Shown here piece by piece: positions 46,491 through 53,953 of a DNA stretch of 53,953 nucleotides. A program made the translations under genes and the position numbers. The DNA lies in the NCBI GenBank assembly GCA_032718475.1, contig JAUCBJ010002358.1:1-53953 (forward strand). The letters run 5' to 3'. Position 1 is the first letter of the stretch; each line of letters begins with the position of its first letter. Origin of the DNA: Nemertoderma westbladi. Lineage: Eukaryota > Animalia > Xenacoelomorpha. The notes beneath the pieces are model-generated. The model was given only the letters and a program-made list of their open reading frames with translations, was not told the origin of the DNA and did no database searches.

Positions 46491-48533
46491 TCAGTTTATC
46501 CCCCCTGACTTTGGGAACCACCTCAAGTCTTTCCCTTTGCCGTCCTCCTCCCTGGGTCGTTTCCTGGTCACTACCGCTCCTCTGGGATCCGCTTTCTGTC
46601 TTCGGACCCTCGCCGCCACCTCCTTGCTGATCCCGGTCGTTGGCTCCCTGGGTGCTGGTGTTATCAGCTCCCGATATCGCTTCGCGGGTGGCCCCTCCAA
46701 GTGGCCCTGTTGTCTCCCCCTGGTGGCGTCCCATATGATCATCTTCATTGCCCGCGGCACGTGCTCCGCCAGGAAATCCCTAAACTCCCCTCGGTTCTGT
46801 GGCGTCCACCTGTCCAAATACCTTTGTGTGTTCATCACCCCGGCATACGACGCCGCCGTTGCTACCTCTTGATAGGTAAACGGTAGCCTCCGCTTTATGA
46901 TCTCCATGTGAGCCTCCTGATTGATAAGGAAGAAACCCCACTTGAACTCCTGGGCCTTCATGCGCTGGCGCGTCATGGCCCCGACGTCGGCCCACTCCTC
47001 GAATCTCCTGAACTTCTCTTCGTCGTCCATCCAGTCACACTGGCGTCCGTAGTGTCCCCGAAAGTTGCACTTCGGACATCGGTTATGCAACCGTGGACAC
47101 GCCCCCATCCTGTGGCTCGACTCGCGGCAGTAGAGACAAAAGGTTCCCTTCTGGAACCGGTACAAACAGCTCCTTTCCTGGTGGGTCTGTCTCCCACAGT
47201 AGTCGCAACCGAGTACCAATGTCTCCCGCCCCACGTCGTCTTTCGTCCCAAGCGATCTCCGCGGTCTGTGGAGTCGCTGGTAGGCGAACTTCTGCACGTT
47301 GGTGTCCCTGTCTACGTCGATCTCTCTGCCCCTCTCGGGCATCGTCTCCCCGAATACTACCCGTGGTGCCGTCCCCGGTTGCTCGCCCAACCTGATAGTG
47401 CTCCCCGCGAAATCCATCGACGGCTCCTCGTGCACCCAGGCCCGCTTGTCGGGTCTATCCCAGAAGGCCCTTGCCCCACTGGCCGTCACCACCCTCCCAC
47501 CAACCCAGTCCATGTCCGAGTGGCCAATCCTCTCGATGGGCGGCACCCCTCCGAACTCGTCGTCGTCTTCCTCCTCCTCTGGCAGTGGCTCCAACCCCGG
47601 TATCCCGATGGATCCACTATGTCCCTTCCCGCCTTGGCTCTCGCCCGTAGCTCTCCATCCCTCTAGCTCCCTTAACTTCCTTGGCGGTTGGTCGCCTTCG
47701 GCGCCCGCTGGTATGGGAATCGCTTGCAACCCCGACGTCGACTGTTTCGGCGATCCCACTGTCCATCCCAATTCTCGCCCTAGAGACTCCCCCGAACTCC
47801 CTGATGAAGTCCAACGAAGTTCGTCTAAGCCTGCCTGTTCCTCGAAGCCGTAACTCTGCGTCCTGGCCTCCTCCTCCCTCTCCTCTGCTTCTATCCTCTC
47901 CCATCTAGCGACTTCTTCCAGTCGCTTTGCCTCTCGTCTATCCGTCTCTAGCTGCTCCCATCTCTGATACGGCGTATCTGTATACCGGTTTAATTTCGGC
48001 CCGTCCTTCTTCCCATACGTTCCTAGATCGAATAAGAAGATGTCCCCATTTGGCGCGGCCAAATGTAGGAGTATGGTCCTGGCCGACCCCGCTGATCCTC
48101 GTCTCGAACCCTCCTCGTCTTCCACGGTTCCCTCGTCGTCTAGGATCATATATCCTCCCCTGTTGACGGACTCTATGAATCTCTTCCAATCCTTCCTCGG
48201 CGACTCCCTCGGGTACTTCGGAATCCCGAACTTCGCCTCGTCCCCTTTCACCACGTAGTGGAAGTGTTGGAAGATCGCGTTGTCCAGCGACGGCGTCCCG
48301 TAGGTCCCGACCAGCCGCTGTTCGTGCATCTCCCGGAAGTGGTCCTGCAGCGCTCGTGCCGCGTGACCCTTTTCCAACCTCTCGTAGTATCCTCTCGTCT
48401 TCTCTTCCGGATGCCTCTCGGTGAAATCCACCAGTATCTCCTTTCCTCCTGACTCCGCCTTTCTCTTTCTGATCAGTTTTCCCGCCATTTCGAACTCCTC
48501 CGATCGCTCACCTATAAGGTGGTGCCTTACCAA
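46491..48533 (-). CDS. Extra ORF of LTR element B: partial DnaQ/DEDD-like domain, acidic linker, 3 CCHC knuckles, basic tail (680 aa)
   Basis: YMILDDEG...LLHLAAPNGDIFLFDL; CDYCGRQTHQERSC, CLYCRESSHRMGAC, CPKCNFRGHYGRQC. GC-rich open frame. Homologous to 9450-11973. Confidence 0.75.
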   Translation of the reverse strand: MVRHHLIGERSEEFEMAGKLIRKRKAESGGKEILVDFTERHPEEKTRGYYERLEKGHAARALQDHFREMHEQRLVGTYGTPSLDNAIFQHFHYVVKGDEAKFGIPKYPRESPRKDWKRFIESVNRGGYMILDDEGTVEDEEGSRRGSAGSARTILLHLAAPNGDIFLFDLGTYGKKDGPKLNRYTDTPYQRWEQLETDRREAKRLEEVARWERIEAEEREEEARTQSYGFEEQAGLDELRWTSSGSSGESLGRELGWTVGSPKQSTSGLQAIPIPAGAEGDQPPRKLRELEGWRATGESQGGKGHSGSIGIPGLEPLPEEEEDDDEFGGVPPIERIGHSDMDWVGGRVVTASGARAFWDRPDKRAWVHEEPSMDFAGSTIRLGEQPGTAPRVVFGETMPERGREIDVDRDTNVQKFAYQRLHRPRRSLGTKDDVGRETLVLGCDYCGRQTHQERSCLYRFQKGTFCLYCRESSHRMGACPRLHNRCPKCNFRGHYGRQCDWMDDEEKFRRFEEWADVGAMTRQRMKAQEFKWGFFLINQEAHMEIIKRRLPFTYQEVATAASYAGVMNTQRYLDRWTPQNRGEFRDFLAEHVPRAMKMIIWDATRGRQQGHLEGPPAKRYRELITPAPREPTTGISKEVAARVRRQKADPRGAVVTRKRPREEDGKGKDLRWFPKSGGIN

Positions 48534-50225
48534 GGCGCAATATAAGTGAGTGATGCAGTTAGGATGGTCTGTACGGTCCGATAATGGCCTATTTCCTATC
48601 TAATCGCGCCCTTTTAACCTTTTTTAAAATGCCACTATCCCATTTTCTGGTGGGTAATGAAGTGGAATTGAATCCGCTTACATCAATGATAAGACCGGTA
48701 GACTGACTTACTGCTATACAGATTGTAGGCCTAAAGATATTGCATGGTATATATATTACGTACAGGATGGCAATTCAACAATATCTATAACCTAAACTAC
48801 CATACGTATTAATTAGCACAATTTTAACACAATTGCACGATTAACAATTATATATACAGTAAGTACACTAGGGCGGTGCGTTTTTTTACTTTACTTTTTT
48901 ACTTTTTACTTTTTACTGGTGCACAAAAGTTGCCAAATGGTAAAAAAATAAGGCAAAAAAATTTCTTTAAATTTCATCTATATCTTCATGGATCCCAAGA
49001 GGGTTGAAATTTTGTGCCATCGCGATGCACCATAATGAAATGTATAACAATATAACACATTGATGAAAGATCAATGACTCAAAAAAGAACTTCCTACATG
49101 CATCAAATGGGTCCAAACTTAAGTTAGATACCAAAATTTTAATTTTTGGGTCAAGGGAACTAGTGCCTCAGGCACATGGCCAGAACCTACCATTTGGCGC
49201 AAGTGATGATTATTCTCAATTTTCGCGATGGCCAACTTTTAGTTCTCCTACGGCATTATTATTATGCTCATTAGAACCGCAATGTCCGATTTAGTGGGGG
49301 TAGACACCTTCAAAACAAACGTAGAGCGAATAGTTCTTGAGATATCGCAGAAAATGTGAAGTACGGCACAAGTGTACTGTACATTACCGCCTTGATGTGA
49401 TATGGACAAATACACTATAAATGATATATTGAATTATCTCAAGGAATCAATCAGGCAGCCTGTTCTAATGTTTATGGTAGTTGGATAGGGTGGTTTTGTC
49501 CAGGGGGGGGGGGGGGGGTTGTATATGTTTAGTTTAGTTTTAGGGGATTTTATCCGGGATCCTATCAAAATAACAACGACCTAACAATCTCTAACAATCA
49601 ATCTCGACCTAACAATATTAACTTACAATTTACCTTAAAACAAATATACTAATTATAGATACTAATCCGTAATCACCACACGTTTGTCTGCAGTTGGTTG
49701 TTGGCTGTCGTTGTCTAATGTGGGTTGTCTGCTGTCGGTTGTCTGCTGTCGGCGTAACGTTTATACCCGTTTTAGTGGTTTTTGCTCTACAGATCATTAT
49801 AAATAATAAACTCAGCTGATTATTTATTTTCAGCTGTTCATGTAATTTATTTATTCACGTATTCATTTTCACTACAGATACAACTAATTGATATCAAGTT
49901 TCCTCATCAGAGTGCTGTATAATTTTCTGGGCACAACACATGAAATTCAACTTTACTTAAATATAAATAGTTATTATTTAATTCCAACAGCCGAAACAGC
50001 CATATTCTATGACGTGACTCGACTTTATAACAAAATTCGTCAATGAAATTGAAGACGTATTTATTCATACATCTGAATATTTTAAAATATAGCACGACTT
50101 AATTAATATTAATATATAAGGAATATCATTAAAAGGTATCTTATTAAATAGAAGATGAGGGTGAGTTATTCAATTAAAATAATTGGTGTATTCGTCGATG
50201 TCGATGTTGCAATATGTGGAATAAC

Positions 50226-53200
50226 TCTGACTGATAAAATATGCGGAACAACTGAAACTGACTGATAAAATATACGGAGCAACTGACTGATAAAATATAC
50301 GGAACAACTGACTGATAAAATATACGGAACAACTGACTGATAAAATATACGGAACAACTGACTGATAAAATATACGGAGCAACTGACTGGTAAAATATAC
50401 GGGACAACTGACTGATAAAATATACGGAACAACCGACTGATAAAATATACGGAGCAACTGACTGATAAAATATACGGAACAACTGACTGGTAAAATATAC
50501 GGAACAACTGACTGGTAAAATATACGGAACAACTGACTGATAAAATATACGGAACAACTGACTGATAAAATATACGGAGCAACTGACTGGTAAAATATAC
50601 GGAACAACTGACTGATAAAATATACGGAGCAACTGACTGATAAAATATACGGAACAACTGACTGATAAAATATACGGAACAACTGACTGATAAAATATAC
50701 GGAGCAACTGACTGGTAAAATATACGGGACAACTGACTGATAAAATATACGGAACAACCGACTGATAAAATATACGGAGCAACTGACTGATAAAATATAC
50801 GGAACAACTGACTGATAAAATATACGGAACAACTGACTGATAAAATATACGGAACAACTGACTGATAAAATATACGGAACAACTGACTGGTAAAATATAC
50901 GGAACAACTGACTGGTAAAATATACGGAACAACTGACTGATAAAATATACGGAACAACTGACTGTTAAAATATACGGAGCAACTGACTGATAAAATATAC
51001 GGAACAACTGACTGATAAAATATACGGAGCAACTGACTGGTAAAATATACGGAACAACTGACTGGTAAAATATACGGAGCAACTGACTGGTAAAATATAC
51101 GGGACAACTGACTGATAAAATATACGGAACAACTGACTGATAAAATATACGGAGCAACTGACTGATAAAATATACGGAACAACTGACTGATAAAATATAC
51201 GGAACAACTGACTGATAAAATATACGGAACAACTGACTGATAAAATATACGGAACAACTGACTGGTAAAATATACGGAACAACTGACTGGTAAAATATAC
51301 GGAACAACTGACTGGTAAAATATACGGAACAACTGACTGATAAAATATACGGAACAACTGACTGATAAAATATACGGAACAACTGACTGATAAAATATAC
51401 GGAACAACTGACTGATAAAATATACGGAACAACTGACTGGTAAAATATACGGAACAACTGACTGGTAAAATATACGGAACAACTGACTGATAAAATATAC
51501 GGAACAACTGACTGATAAAATATACGGAGCAACTGACTGGTAAAATATACGGAACAACTGACTGATAAAATATACGGAGCAACTGACTGGTAAAATATAC
51601 GGAACAACTGACTGATAAAATATACGGAACAACTGACTGATAAAATATACGGAACAACTGACTGGTAAAATATACGGAACAACTGACTGATAAAATATAC
51701 GGAACAACTGACTGATAAAATATACGGAACAACTGACTGATAAAATATACGGAGCAACTGACTGATAAAATATACGGAACAACTGACTGATAAAATATAC
51801 GGAACAACTGACTGATAAAATATACGGAGCAACTGACTGGTAAAATATACGGAACAACTGACTGATAAAATATACGGAGCAACTGACTGATAAAATATAC
51901 GGAACAACTGACTGATAAAATATACGGAACAACTGACTGATAAAATATACGGAACAACTGACTGGTAAAATATACGGAACAACTGACTGATAAAATATAC
52001 GGAACAACTGACTGATAAAATATACGGAGCAACTGACTGGTAAAATATACGGAACAACTGACTGATAAAATATACGGAACAACTGACTGATAAAATATAC
52101 GGAACAACTGACTGATAAAATATACGGAACAACTGACTGATAAAATATACGGAGCAACTGACTGGTAAAATATACGGAACAACTGACTGGTAAAATATAC
52201 GGAGCAACTGACTGATAAAATATACGGAACAACTGACTGATAAAATATACGGAACAACTGACTGATAAAATATACGGAACAACTGACTGGTAAAATATAC
52301 GGAACAACTGACTGATAAAATATACGGAACAACTGACTGATAAAATATACGGAGCAACTGACTGGTAAAATATACGGAACAACTGACTGATAAAATATAC
52401 GGAGCAACTGACTGGTAAAATATACGGAACAACTGACTGATAAAATATACGGAACAACTGACTGATAAAATATACGGAACAACTGACTGGTAAAATATAC
52501 GGAACAACTGACTGATAAAATATACGGAACAACTGACTGATAAAATATACGGAACAACTGACTGATAAAATATACGGAGCAACTGACTGGTAAAATATAC
52601 GGAACAACTGACTGATAAAATATACGGAACAACTGACTGGTAAAATATACGGAGCAACTGACTGATAAAATATACGGAACAACTGACTGATAAAATATAC
52701 GGAACAACTGACTGATAAAATATACGGAACAACTGACTGGTAAAATATACGGAACAACTGACTGATAAAATATACGGAACAACTGACTGATAAAATATAC
52801 GGAACAACTGACTGATAAAATATACGGAGCAACTGCTGGTAAAATATACGGAACAACTGACTGATAAATATACGGAACAACTGACTGATAAAATATACGG
52901 AACAACTGACTGGTAAAATATACGGAACAACTGACTGATAAAATATACGGAACAACTGACTGATAAAATATACGGAACAACTGACTGATAAAATATACGG
53001 AGCAACTGACTGGTAAAATATACGGAGCAACTGACTGATAAAATATACGGAACAACTGACTGGTAAAATATACGGAACAACTGACTGATAAAATATACGG
53101 AACAACTGACTGATAAAATATACGGAGCAACTGACTGGTAAAATATACGGAACAACTGACTGATAAAATATACGGAGCAACTGACTGATAAAATATACAG

Positions 53201-53347
53201 GAACAACTGACTGTAAAATATACGGAACAACTGACTGATAAAATATACGGAGCAACTGACTGGTAAAATATACGGAACAACTGACTGGTAAAATATACGG
53301 AACAACTGACTGATAAAATATACGGAACAACGGACTGATGAAATATA
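50226..53347. repeat. 25-bp minisatellite, about 124 copies
   Basis: Unit CTGACTGATAAAATATACGGAACAA with A/G variants (GAT/GGT, AAC/AGC). No spacers. Confidence 0.98.
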
Positions 53348-53953
53348 AAAATTTGAAAGAAATAAATAAATAATATGTAAAATCTAAAATTGTTATTTAG
53401 TTACATCTCTTACTCTGTTGAGCGTCATTAAGAAGAGAAGAGGGCAACCCGTAGAGAGGACTGGAATTGGGGTATATTGCGGCATGACCTGATGACTGAT
53501 AATGTTGCACTGATATTGTAGGCTGGTTGCATAACCAACATTTACATAAGTCAGATTTCATTTATTGAGGTAGAGAGTTAAAAGGTCTCTCCCTCTGTAA
53601 TCGAATATTGTTTATTAATACCACGAATTGGTGTCTCCGGTTGTTTGCTGATTGGATATGGCAATTTAACCCCAAGAATAAATTAATCTAAACACAATGA
53701 AATTATATACAATGCAATATTCAGTTTACCATACTGTAGGAACTGTAGATAAACAGAAACTTTCCTTTCCAGCCATTTAGAGGGCGTGGCGGGCGTGAGG
53801 GATTGATCGGATACGGGATAATAAATCAATCATATACAACCGAGACACTAACACTTATTATTTTGTCGTAAGGTTTTTAGTCTGTGGCTGTGTGTGTAGG
53901 CCTAATCCATTCAAGTTTGTTTACATTGTTCAACGAAAGATTGATAATAACTG

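Noticed and set aside
46426-48452. Plus-strand ORFs here and at 9513-11287
   Set aside because: Antisense shadows of the GC-rich minus-strand ORFs.
46491-48533. Calling the CCHC ORFs gag
   Set aside because: They lie next to the PPT and 3' LTR, downstream of the protease fragment in copy A, and no capsid-like domain or following pol is visible.
48869-49400. TAGGGCGGTGC possible DNA-transposon end
   Set aside because: No partner TIR or TSD found in the window.
50166-53330. ORFs of 245-1054 aa, and a possible CRISPR-like array
   Set aside because: They are translations of a 25-bp tandem unit lacking stops on one strand. There are no unique spacers and no cas genes.

Overview
AT-rich eukaryotic (probably invertebrate) repeat-dense region with no convincing intact host gene. 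The centrepiece is a complete but disabled Polinton/Maverick (adintovirus-like endogenous dsDNA virus) at 17991-41824. It has AGTAGT...ACTACT ends, 537/386-bp TIRs and a 6-bp AACAAC target-site duplication. It encodes pPolB, rve integrase, packaging ATPase, major capsid, two tandem minor capsids, an adenain protease and core proteins. It also carries unusual cargo: a TBP-like protein in frame with the polymerase C-terminus, a PC4-like protein, a DEDD/Maelstrom-like Zn nuclease and a RING protein. Three DNA transposons are nested inside it (piggyBac-type, hATm-type, Kolobok-type). A second, divergent Polinton remnant lies at ~41900-45251. Two diverged LTR-retroelement remnants (~7280-12540 and 45252-48600) each carry, in the env position, a homologous ORF with a DnaQ/DEDD-like domain plus three CCHC knuckles, and each has an 11-bp hairpin abutting the polypurine tract. 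Also present: a SAM/HECT pseudogene behind an IS3EU-like end, RTE and L2 LINE fragments, a Penelope-type minimal hammerhead, a (GTTCC)n microsatellite and a 3.1-kb 25-bp minisatellite. All calls come from reading motifs by eye; no database searches were run.
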